Positions 50,192 through 59,206 of a DNA stretch of 63,673 bases are shown here, piece after piece. The notes beneath the pieces were generated by a model, which was not told the origin of the DNA, did not search any database, and was given only the letters and a program-made list of their open reading frames with translations. The number at the start of each line of letters is the position of its first letter. The first letter of the stretch is position 1. Both the position numbers and the translations under genes were made by a program. The stretch comes from a virus (Duplodnaviria > Caudoviricetes), in IMG/VR virus record IMGVR_UViG_3300045970_000154, positions 1-63,673 of that record; one strand, given 5' to 3'.

Positions 50192-50421
50192 CTCTTATCT
50201 GGATCGTCCGAGACGTGCCACTCGGCACCAGCCCAATCTGAAAAGTCCTTCTTGGTCATGAAATAGGTGCCGGTGCATACTGTAGGGTTACTGTATGGGT
50301 GGAACGTCAGCACTCCCTTTCGCACCTGACAGTAATGTGCCTCATCCCAGTAGGTCAGCTTATCTATCAACCCACAGGCCAGCATGTTGAAACCCTCTTC
50401 GGTTGTTAGAGTTTTGGCCAT
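50188..50421 (-). CDS. small paralog family member 28
   Basis: TLTTEEGFNMLACGLIDKL ... EWHVS. Confidence 0.75.
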   Translation of the reverse strand: MAKTLTTEEGFNMLACGLIDKLTYWDEAHYCQVRKGVLTFHPYSNPTVCTGTYFMTKKDFSDWAGAEWHVSDDPDKR

Positions 50422-53022
50422 ACTAGCCCCCGATAACGTAGGTGTAGTGTTCCAATGACAAAGAGTAGGCGGTAACGGCTAAGGTAGCCAGGATGAAGCC
50501 TACCATTATGTTGACCAGGAGTTTAGAGTTGAGGTCGTAATCGTGATTTTCAACCTTCTTGAATGGCATGGCTACATCCCCCAGATGTTGTGAACCTCAA
50601 GAGAAGTGAACGACGCACCTTCCTTGCTGTGGCAGTTATACACATAGAACTCGATGTTGCCGCTTTCCGATTCCTCGGGGCAGAAGTCGAGTATAGCCGC
50701 AGGACAGTGAGCGATTCTGGTTTTCATGGTGGACAGTTTTCTTATGAACATGGATTCCCCTTTATTGGTTGAGCCATCCCTCTCGGAGCATCTGAGGGCT
50801 TGGCCAGCTCTCTTTTGTGTTGAACATCTGGTCTTGTATGTCGGTAGGGAACTCAGTAAACATACCCTGATACTCCCAGACCTCGACTTCATCTTCTCCT
50901 ACTCGGCATAAGCACTTGTGTGAGACTGCGTACACTTTTTCATCAGTTCCAGGTATTCCTACTACTAATATTAGATGTTTCATTTTCCTGCCTCCTCGGT
51001 GCGACATGTCGCACTACAAGTTGAAGGTATGAGCTATGTTAGACCAAAAGCTGTGGCCTTGTGGGGGCATCATCCCAGATGAAACAACTGCTTAAATTAG
51101 AATTAGGTTCAAATTGTGGGAGATGCGGTGCTTCGTACCTCAAGTACCTTCCCGCAGATGGCAGTATCTCTTCCACCTTATTACACAGAGTTTCATATCC
51201 TCGTGGAAATTTCATAACTACTCCCTGATCGCTACATCGAAGTATCTGCCGCACAACAAGCACACCACATCTTCTTCTATGCTTGTAGGGGAGTGGGCAT
51301 TCTCTGTCGTGACTCCGTTCTCGATGGAGGTGTACGTCAAGATGCGCTGCTGTATCGCTATAGTTCCTTCGCAATCCGGGCACTTGTCTGTTGTCATTTT
51401 TCTTCCTCCTAGTTGGGTATCTAAGGCTCCACCTTCTCCAGCTTAGCTAGATAGGCTTTTCCTTTAGCGGTGATGGTAGCTTCGTAGTGGTATCTTCCTT
51501 CCGCCAGCCCTCGGTGCATAAGCGCATGAATAGCGTTTGCCATACCGACAGGATAGTCAGCCTGAGTTACTCCTTCGGACAAAGCCAGAAGTCTCATTAT
51601 TAGTCGCGGGTCCATGTTGCCTCCTATGTGGCTCCAGATTACTTGCGTCGGCCTAGCACTTCGCACCGAACCCTGAGGGCTTGCTGGTTTGAGGTGCGAC
51701 ATGTCGCACCTATTTGTCGTTGCCTTTCGGCTAGAACTTTTTCATGGCATTCTCCTTGATCTCTTTACATTTGCAGGATGGGCAGGGCTTCTGGCAGTTG
51801 CAAGCGTTCAAAAACAGTTCGTAAGCGGTAACACCGTTAGTCTCACCTATTGGGGTATAGATTCTCGGTATCATCACTTCTTCGCTTTGCAACAGGTGCA
51901 ACGCTTCTCGGTCTTGTCCTTGCGGTCAATGACGTTGAAGACGCGCATGTTCTTGCCATAGAGTGAGTCTTGTCCTGGGTTGGCACAGGTACACGGCATG
52001 ATTACGGGTTCGGCCATTTCGCTCTCCTTTCAGATGCGGCGACGGATAACGTCGCCGGTTCGTGACGCCTTCTTCGGGTCAGAGATGGGGTTGGTTGAGA
52101 TGACCAGACGGGGCTTGTCTGCGTTGGCTAGTCCTTTGGTCAGGAAGGATATGCCTTGCCCAGATAAAGTGACGTGTTCGTGACAGCCCCAGATCATCAT
52201 TCCGTAGCTCCTTGTGGTTAGTTATGCAGTTATGAATATTTCCGTTTGCAGAAGATACTCAAGGGCATCCATAGCGTCATTGATTCCGCCGATCCTGCCG
52301 TCGCACTCGATCACTTCGCCGTAGTTTTCGAGGAGAAGTGCAGAAGCTCGGTCTGCCTTGGTAGCGTTGATGTCGTTCTTGTACTCCAAAAGAACATTTT
52401 CCAGCAGCTCGATTACTTTCTTCCGTTTCATTTGATCTCCCTTGGTTGGTGCGACATGTCGCACTTACTGCTTCTTTCCCACGAGTGCTTCCAGGTCGTT
52501 GAGAATCTCGTTCACCAAGAAGTTGACGTTAGCGTCGTTTGTGAAGGCCAGGATGGTTGCTACTTTGCTTGCTACTGAATCGAGGCTTGCCATGTTGATC
52601 TCCTTTGTTGCGACATGCCGCAGTTGTTATATGGAACGCAACACCACAAAATCGTTACCGGTGATTTCCTTCAGGGTTTCTGCCACAGTTTTTTTACCTG
52701 CTGCCCGTTTCGCCGCAATCATTTCGTCGTACATAGGGATAAACTTCTCAGCGGTACTGGCATACCTGCTGTAGGGAATCTCCTCACGCTTTCTGACCAC
52801 AAGGAGGCATTTGTCCCTAGCCACTATGAGTTCGTCCAAGTTAAACCACTTTTTAGCGTAATACGGTGACTCGATCATAGGTTCTCCTTAGTTGTTCCAG
52901 CAATCTATCGAAGACCCGACCCTATGCGAACAGGAAAGGGGGATAACCTGTATACACCAGACCGGATATTCGATACATTTCTGGAATAACTTGAGGGGGC
53001 TTGCGCCCCCTCGTTGTTGAGG

Positions 53023-53229
53023 TTATACCAGCGGTACTACCGGCAGCGCCCCGATCAGGCGGTACTCGTTGCCACCTTTGGAGGTAGCAATCCGACCGTT
53101 CAGCTCGGCCAGCGGCTTGGTGCGGAATTTCCGTCCGTCCGGGGTGTTGGCGTGGTTGTACACGCGGCCTTTTGCTACGGTACCGGCGGGGGTTACTTCC
53201 AGAACTGCATTGTTGATGTAAACGCTCAT
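53023..53229 (-). CDS. beta-rich small protein, triplet member A
   Basis: KGRVY...DGRKFRT...Y.LIG, similar to 53318-53509 and 53611-53814. Confidence 0.7.
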   Translation of the reverse strand: MSVYINNAVLEVTPAGTVAKGRVYNHANTPDGRKFRTKPLAELNGRIATSKGGNEYRLIGALPVVPLV

Positions 53230-53317
53230 GGCGTCTCCTTTTACCAGCTCGACCTATGGGTCATGGCTTGGCGGTTGATGCTGTCCTTACTACTCAATGT
53301 GAGAGTGGCCGAAGAGG

Positions 53318-53509
53318 TCAGTGCTTCACGCGAGAATCACTCCAAACTACGCGGTACTTCTTGCCGTTGGAGGCTGTGATAAGATTCCCGTTTATATGTT
53401 CTGCTCTGACAGTGCGCAGGCTACGAGTTCCATCGTACGAGACGGTTCCCTTCACAACGACGCTACCAGCGAGGGTTTTAGAAACCCAGGCGTTTTGCAA
53501 ATTAATCAT
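53318..53509 (-). CDS. beta-rich small protein, triplet member B
   Basis: KGTVSYDG...LRT...INGNLIT...KYRVV. Confidence 0.65.
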   Translation of the reverse strand: MINLQNAWVSKTLAGSVVVKGTVSYDGTRSLRTVRAEHINGNLITASNGKKYRVVWSDSRVKH

Positions 53510-53610
53510 TACGTCGAACTCCTATTACCTGGGTCCCATAAAGGACCTCGCGGCGGTTGAGGTTGGCTTGAGGAGGGCTTACGCCCTCCTACGGTGTGCC
53601 GAAGTTGATG

Positions 53611-53814
53611 TTAGTTGAAGGGGACAGCCGGAACGTCACCGATTACGGTGTAGGACGCTTTTCCGGTGGTGAAGACCTTACCAGAGATGCTCTGGATGGC
53701 GCGGGTCTTGAACTTGGCACCATCAGCGGTGCCGTCTTTGCCGTATACTTTGCCACGAGCGCAAAGCTGGCCATTGTCGTTGCGGAAGAATGAAGCCTGG
53801 AAGAGATAACGCAT
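53611..53814 (-). CDS. beta-rich small protein, triplet member C
   Basis: RGKVY...DGAKFKT...ISGKVFT...YTVIG. Confidence 0.7.
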   Translation of the reverse strand: MRYLFQASFFRNDNGQLCARGKVYGKDGTADGAKFKTRAIQSISGKVFTTGKASYTVIGDVPAVPFN

Positions 53815-53958
53815 TTGAAACTCCTTTTACCTGCTCACCCTATGGGGCGAGTCGAGGCGGGTTGGTTGATTGTGGGAGGGACGGGTTGAAGTGGCCGAAG
53901 ATACTAGAATGGGAGCAATCACCGCCTTTCGATGTAGTAGCTGGTGCGACATGTCGCA

Positions 53959-54252
53959 CTAAGCGAACAGATGAACTATCCAGCCGATGCCAAGGGCTAC
54001 GGCAGGGGTAAAGACGGCATTGTTGGCGGCTCTCCCTACAAGCTCAGCCGTAATGTCTTTGTTGTCAGATTCTTTGTGCGTTAAGAAGGACACCACAAGC
54101 ATTACGCCGATGGCTCCATTCAGGGACAAGATTGGGGCGTTGAATGAGTAGGCTATGAACCAGCCCCACAATTTACTCAGCACGAACCCTGCCCACGCTA
54201 GCCTGCCTACCGCCAGACACAGCACCGTAACAACCATATACGTGTATCTCAT
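53959..54252 (-). CDS. membrane protein (about 3 TM)
   Basis: Hydrophobic segments, LWGWFI motif; bracketed by two palindromes. Confidence 0.65.
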   Translation of the reverse strand: MRYTYMVVTVLCLAVGRLAWAGFVLSKLWGWFIAYSFNAPILSLNGAIGVMLVVSFLTHKESDNKDITAELVGRAANNAVFTPAVALGIGWIVHLFA

Positions 54253-54324
54253 TTCCTCCTCCGTGGTGCGACATGTCGCACTATCTGGTTAGTTATTTAT
54301 AATATTCACTACTGCATATTTATG

Positions 54325-54395
54325 TTGACAGATTCAGGAATCCGTGGTAAAATAGAACCTGTTCTGCCGGAAAAAACCTAAAGGGGGATTATGCC
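54325..54395 (+). promoter_or_regulatory. antisense-oriented sigma70 promoter, copy 2
   Basis: TTGACA-17-TAAAAT, preceded by a TCACTACTGCATA box; duplicate of 39309-39378. Confidence 0.7.
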
Positions 54396-54400
54396 TGTTC

Positions 54401-55612
54401 CTACTTCCCCCTGACGACCATGTAGACACTCGTGTATCTCTGATTAACCCAGTCCTGGATGTAGCACTTATCCTTTCCCTTGATGTGCTCCGGTATAACT
54501 ATGACTGCCGTAGATAGTGACTGATGGAGATCCTTCACTGTCTTCCAGTGTGCTGTCTCGAACGCATGGTCACAGTTACATGCTGAGAAGAAATCCTCCC
54601 TGATAGGCTCCCTGATACTCCTAAAGAACCTGACCAGTTTCCCTGCCCTAATGTCGAGCATGTTCTGCGCTTTCATGTGGTACTCAGCCACCAGAAGAGA
54701 TAACTGCATAGACCTTGCTGAGAACCTATGATCCTTGAACCAGTTGACAGCCAAGTCCTTAGACCGTGCTTCATGACCGTGGTGTGCAGGCCACTCTTCT
54801 GATGGAGTATGCCCCTTGCCGAAATCATGGCAGAGAACAGCCAGGAACACATCGAAGCTGTACTTGAGAGTCTTACAGCGGTCGATAGCCTTCATGGTAT
54901 GCCCATAGGCAGTATCGTAGCCATGATGCTCAATCGGACCAGCAGGAACCTTCCGCAGCAAGTCAAGGGGTGCGAAGTGATAGTGTAAGCAGTCAGCCGC
55001 AGCGAGTATGTCGAAGAACTTGCTGGGCTTGGCGCACTGCTCGTATACCTTCCGCAGCTCCTTCTCGACCCTCTCAGCGTTCACATGAACGATCTGAGGG
55101 CCGTACTCTTTCATTTTGTCATAGGTCTTTTCTTCTATGACGAAATCCAGCTTAGCTGCGAACCGCGCAGCTCGGAATATACGCAGGGGGTCGTCGGCAA
55201 AGGCAGTCGTGCCTATCGCCCGAATGGTCTTGTTTTCGATATCCTTCACACCTCCTGTAGGGTCGATGATTCTGCCATCGTAAACACTCTCAGCGATGGC
55301 ATTGATGGTGAAGTCACGGCGGTGAAGGTCTTCGATCAGGGTGGCTCCTCTCCACCCGAAGTCCTTATAACCAGGACCTGTTGATTTTTCAGAACGGGTG
55401 AGTGCTACTTCGTTCCCGTCCACCAAGTATACGGGGAAGTCGTTGCCAACTCGTTTAGCGGTAGGAAATACCCGCTTAAACGTGTAGTCGGCGCACTCCA
55501 TTACATAGTCAATGTCCTGAATAGGCAGACCGAGTATTGAGTCTCTGATGCAGCCGCCTACCTTGTAAGCGTAGCAGCTTGCATCTTTGAAATTGACTGG
55601 GGTAGGCGGCAT
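54401..55612 (-). CDS. cca: CCA-adding tRNA nucleotidyltransferase with HD domain
   Basis: VGGCIRD, DIDY, DLHRRDFTINAIA, DDPLRIFRAARF, ER, LCHDFGK; start moved to MPPTPV after AAGGAG. Confidence 0.9.
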   Translation of the reverse strand: MPPTPVNFKDASCYAYKVGGCIRDSILGLPIQDIDYVMECADYTFKRVFPTAKRVGNDFPVYLVDGNEVALTRSEKSTGPGYKDFGWRGATLIEDLHRRDFTINAIAESVYDGRIIDPTGGVKDIENKTIRAIGTTAFADDPLRIFRAARFAAKLDFVIEEKTYDKMKEYGPQIVHVNAERVEKELRKVYEQCAKPSKFFDILAAADCLHYHFAPLDLLRKVPAGPIEHHGYDTAYGHTMKAIDRCKTLKYSFDVFLAVLCHDFGKGHTPSEEWPAHHGHEARSKDLAVNWFKDHRFSARSMQLSLLVAEYHMKAQNMLDIRAGKLVRFFRSIREPIREDFFSACNCDHAFETAHWKTVKDLHQSLSTAVIVIPEHIKGKDKCYIQDWVNQRYTSVYMVVRGK

Positions 55613-56040
55613 GTTGCTCTCCTTTCTAGTTAGTGATTGGTGCGACATGTCGCACCGGCTACAGAGAAACCACGAAGTCTCCCTGATCGAACACAAGGTC
55701 AACGGTAAGGATTTCTTCGTTACAGTCGTAGTGCTCGTTGTACTTCACAGCCTCAAGCAGCCCATTCTCCTCTGACTCCTCGATTAAGGCGGATAGCTTG
55801 TTCATAAGATCGTTTACTGTCACTCGGCACTCTCCTTTCTTGGTTACACGGCTAAGACCACAATGTCCTTTCCGGCTCGTGTGCTAGACTCGACGTAGGC
55901 ACCGGAATTAGGAAAAGTGTCTATAACAGTAACTACGTCAACGTCTTCCGTATCGAAGAACGTGTCGAGTGTCGCATCATAAACGGCGACCTTCATCTTA
56001 GGGTCGAGTTTTTTGAGTTTAGCTATAAGCTCTTTTACTG

Positions 56041-56493
56041 TCACGCCACACTCTCCTTCGGTGCGACATGTCGCACCTGCTCTTGGCGGCTGAAGTTGCC
56101 ACAGATATTATCGAAGGCATCAATTCCAGCCTCAACATCGAACTCTTCTGCGTAGCTTTCCAGTAATAGACAGGTTCCTATTCCGTATGACCCAAGTTCG
56201 GAGCAATGCACACAGAAGGCACAGCATTCAGGACGTGATCGGTCTCTGGGCGCAAAGCACAACTTACCTTCACTGTTGCGAAGAGCAAATCCGGTAGGTT
56301 TCGGGTTCCTAGGAGGAAATACATCTTCCGAGTAGTAGCTGACGAACTCCAGTTCTTCTTCCACACAGCCCCACTCTTCTGCCAGAAGGACGATAGCTTC
56401 CTGTGCTGCTTCCTTCCAATTCTCAGCCTGCACAGGGATACTTCTGGTGCGCTTGAAGTTGATGTGGAAGATCATAGTAGCTTCGGCACTCAT
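56041..56493 (-). CDS. hypothetical protein with Cys cluster
   Basis: CCAFCVHC...GTC...C; palindrome+RBS cassette upstream. Confidence 0.6.
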   Translation of the reverse strand: MSAEATMIFHINFKRTRSIPVQAENWKEAAQEAIVLLAEEWGCVEEELEFVSYYSEDVFPPRNPKPTGFALRNSEGKLCFAPRDRSRPECCAFCVHCSELGSYGIGTCLLLESYAEEFDVEAGIDAFDNICGNFSRQEQVRHVAPKESVA

Positions 56494-56528
56494 GCTGCGC
56501 TCTCCTTCGGTGCGACATGTCGCACCAG

Positions 56529-56861
56529 TTAAACTGGGTTGATTATCCTTCCGACATAGTGGTCGTAGAAAGCCTGTGGGAGCCGGTCACCAAAGTAATT
56601 TGCGGCAGCTTCCACGTCCGAGAAACGCGTGATGAACAGGTCAGCAAACTGGTTGTCTATCGAGCAGGAATTGCTCTGAGTTGTGGTGTACTCTTTAAGC
56701 TCACCAGTCGTCATGTTCTTGACCGTATGCTCGAAGTTGGTACTAGCCAACACCAGTTCTCCGTTAACCACGTTCGGAAGGTCGGAGTCCAGGAGAGGTA
56801 TCTGATACCGAGGTTGACCCCACCCCATCTCGCCTTTCTGTGCTACTGCCCTATACTTCAT
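56529..56861 (-). CDS. hypothetical protein
   Basis: 110 aa; palindrome+RBS cassette upstream. Confidence 0.6.
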   Translation of the reverse strand: MKYRAVAQKGEMGWGQPRYQIPLLDSDLPNVVNGELVLASTNFEHTVKNMTTGELKEYTTTQSNSCSIDNQFADLFITRFSDVEAAANYFGDRLPQAFYDHYVGRIINPV

Positions 56862-57442
56862 GCTGCACTCTCCTTTGGTGCGACATGTCGCACCATCCGT
56901 TTGACAATCAAGGCGATGGTTTCGAGGCTCACGCCCCGAGTCAATAACCAGCAGGTACGGAAGGTTGCTACTTTGGTATTAGAAACTTCTCGTGCGCTCA
57001 TGTCCGTGCCTCCTTTTGGCAGTCCTCACAGACTGTCTTGTTGGTCGTGGTGAACCATTTGTCGCAACAGCAGCATTGTCTGCGGTAGCGTTTCATACCT
57101 GCTCCGGGTGATTCTTGTGCCAGTGAGCGTCTGCTGCTTCGATAGACACTCCCATTTCGGCGGCGAACAACATCCAGTCGATGTACATAACGTCTTCCAT
57201 AATTAACCCCCTTAGGTTGGATGCTCTAAGAGCGCAAAGGCTATCTTGTAGGCTTTACGCTCTTGCAGTTCCCAATCTGATTAGTCACCGAACACGCTCA
57301 TAACGTGTCCAGCATCGCCACCTTTTGAGTATGGCTTAGGTCGTGTGTTGGTGGGCGGTTATCGCCGTATGTGTTGAGGTGGATTCAAACGTCCTCCATT
57401 GGTGCGACATGTCGCACTAAGTAGACAGATGTGAATTATAAT

Positions 57443-57760
57443 TGCCCAGCACGACAGCCTAGCGGGAACCAGAAGGGCAATAGACCAGCCCCTATGAACC
57501 GTGACCCTAGGATTTTATCGAGCTTTAATATCTGACACATGATCTCTGACGCAAAGAGAGTTGATACTTGAGGTCTGAACTCTGACCTCTGAACTCTGAA
57601 CTTTAACGGGAAGGTCGAGGCATTTTAGGCACCAGCTTCAAAGGGTCTATGCCCTCCACCGATGCCTACCTCACCTGTTCGTTATTGTCTTTCGCGCATG
57701 AGTCCCGGATAACCCTCCGGGAAGGGGAGTCTAGTTCTCCAGTTTTCATCGTGCTGGGCA
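57443..57760 (-). ncRNA. putative ~320-nt structured ncRNA with heptamer repeats
   Basis: 12-bp terminal inverted repeat TGCCCAGCACGA/TCGTGCTGGGCA, internal hairpins, AGTTCAG repeats, no ORF. Confidence 0.6.
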
Positions 57761-58002
57761 GCACCGTTAGTGCGACATGTCGCAGTAGTGAGCGATAATA
57801 CCCTCAGCTACATGTCTCTGCATGTCTCCTGTGATCTCGTGACCGGTATCAGAGATGAATATCCAGTACTGCTTGAACAGATCCAAGGTAATGTAGCCGA
57901 CCTCTCGTCCATTTAGTCGCGCAGCCCTTTCAGCGTACTTCTCTCTATAAGCAGGCTGAAAGGTTACGTAGTTCTTACCCACATCGTACCGGCTGTTAGC
58001 CA

Positions 58003-58620
58003 TTAGATCTCAACCTCCGTTATGGCATTAGAGGTGGACAGGGCGAGGTCTACATTCGCCTCGAACACATCAATCTCCTCCTCCATGCTGATGATGAACT
58101 CTCTCATCTTGAGCGGGTCGAGAAGAGTGTACTCGTTGTTGGCCAGGAAGCCCTTGCTGAAGGCAGCGTCACCCTCAACGTCAGCCTTGCCGTCCTTGCC
58201 GCGAGAGGCCAGGAGCTGCTGGTCGAGCCTCTGTTTGACTTCGAGGTTCCCCCGATCAACCTGCATGGTAGCCTTGGCGTAGGCACTCTTTGCAGCCTTG
58301 AGGGTCTCTTTCTGGTACTCGATGGAGGATTTCCTCTCGATAGCCTCCGCGACGGTCATTTTGACACCGCCAACTTCAACGGTCGTGGTGGCGTTGCTCA
58401 CCACGATAGCTGATTTGGCAGTCATGCGGTTGGCGATCAGGGCCTTGAGGGAGTCAACGCTGGCCAGAGCGGTCCTGTTGAACTCTTCCGCCGAGTTGAA
58501 ACCGGTAGGGAAACTCGACCCGATCTTTACGCCGCAGAACGTGGCATCCTGCGTGGCAGATTTGATACGCTTGTCGAGCAACTTGAGGTCGTTGAGGAGT
58601 GCTGCAATGGATTTCTTCAT
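58003..58620 (-). CDS. coiled-coil protein, distant DIP1984/DUF6847-like
   Basis: SNATTTVEVGGVKMTVAEAIERK and C-terminal SNAITEVEI resemble that family (from memory, not searched). Confidence 0.6.
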   Translation of the reverse strand: MKKSIAALLNDLKLLDKRIKSATQDATFCGVKIGSSFPTGFNSAEEFNRTALASVDSLKALIANRMTAKSAIVVSNATTTVEVGGVKMTVAEAIERKSSIEYQKETLKAAKSAYAKATMQVDRGNLEVKQRLDQQLLASRGKDGKADVEGDAAFSKGFLANNEYTLLDPLKMREFIISMEEEIDVFEANVDLALSTSNAITEVEI

Positions 58621-58692
58621 CGGTTAATCTCCTTGAGTTTTGAGGGTTGATGTTGGCGGCGGTTAGTGCGACATGTCGCAATACTGTGAAAT

Positions 58693-58780
58693 TGGCAGAG
58701 AGTAGAGGATTCGAACCTCTGTGAACCTTGCGGTTGTCGGTTTTGGAGACCGATGCTATCGACCACTAAGCGAACTCCCT
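58693..58780 (-). tRNA. tRNA with CCA (Trp) anticodon and long variable arm
   Basis: AGGGAGT/ACTCTCT acceptor, TCGGT-CTCCAAA-ACCGA anticodon arm, AGAGG-TTCGAAT-CCTCT T arm, encoded GCCA end, 88 nt. Confidence 0.85.
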
Positions 58781-58786
58781 GTAAAT

Positions 58787-58861
58787 TGGCGTCTGTCCTA
58801 GGAAGTTTCATCCTAGATTTCCCTTCGGGGGTTGGGCGTTCTGGTTTAAACTACACAGACG
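58787..58861 (-). ncRNA. aberrant tRNA-like element ending in CCA
   Basis: CGTCTGT/ACAGACG stem followed by CCA; D-like and T-like hairpins without TTCG. Confidence 0.45.
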
Positions 58862-58872
58862 TAACTGGGTAA

Positions 58873-59154
58873 TTAGAAGTAGTGCCGCTGGGCGTCGCTC
58901 AACAGCGTCGGTCCGGGATTGTACGGGAGAACTGAGTCAATCCCGCAAGCGGGGCATATTGCGGTTGCTCCCATATCCTCATAGGTGATGATCTCAGAGG
59001 GAAGGAAGACCCTCAAACAGTGGTAGCAGGTACACTCTTTGGCCTCCATAACCTTCTGATGATTCTTGAAGGAATGCTGAGACATATTTGCTATGTCGGG
59101 AGTAGTCGGTGGTGGGTTGCCCCAAACACGTTGCATAATGCTTCCGAGTGTCAT
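58873..59154 (-). CDS. Zn-ribbon hypothetical protein
   Basis: CTCYHC...TAICPACGIDSVLP, a conserved family motif. Confidence 0.7.
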   Translation of the reverse strand: MTLGSIMQRVWGNPPPTTPDIANMSQHSFKNHQKVMEAKECTCYHCLRVFLPSEIITYEDMGATAICPACGIDSVLPYNPGPTLLSDAQRHYF

Positions 59155-59206
59155 GGCCTATCTCCTTATCTTGAGTTAGTGCGACATGTCGCAATGATTA
59201 GTTATC

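Noticed and set aside
33372-50421. Diversity-generating retroelement as the source of paralog variation
   Set aside because: No reverse transcriptase and no near-identical template/variable pair differing only at adenines.
52449-59194. Palindromes as CRISPR repeats or integron attC sites
   Set aside because: Intervals are hundreds of bp and irregular; there are no attC R-box ends or extrahelical bases and no tyrosine integrase in the window.
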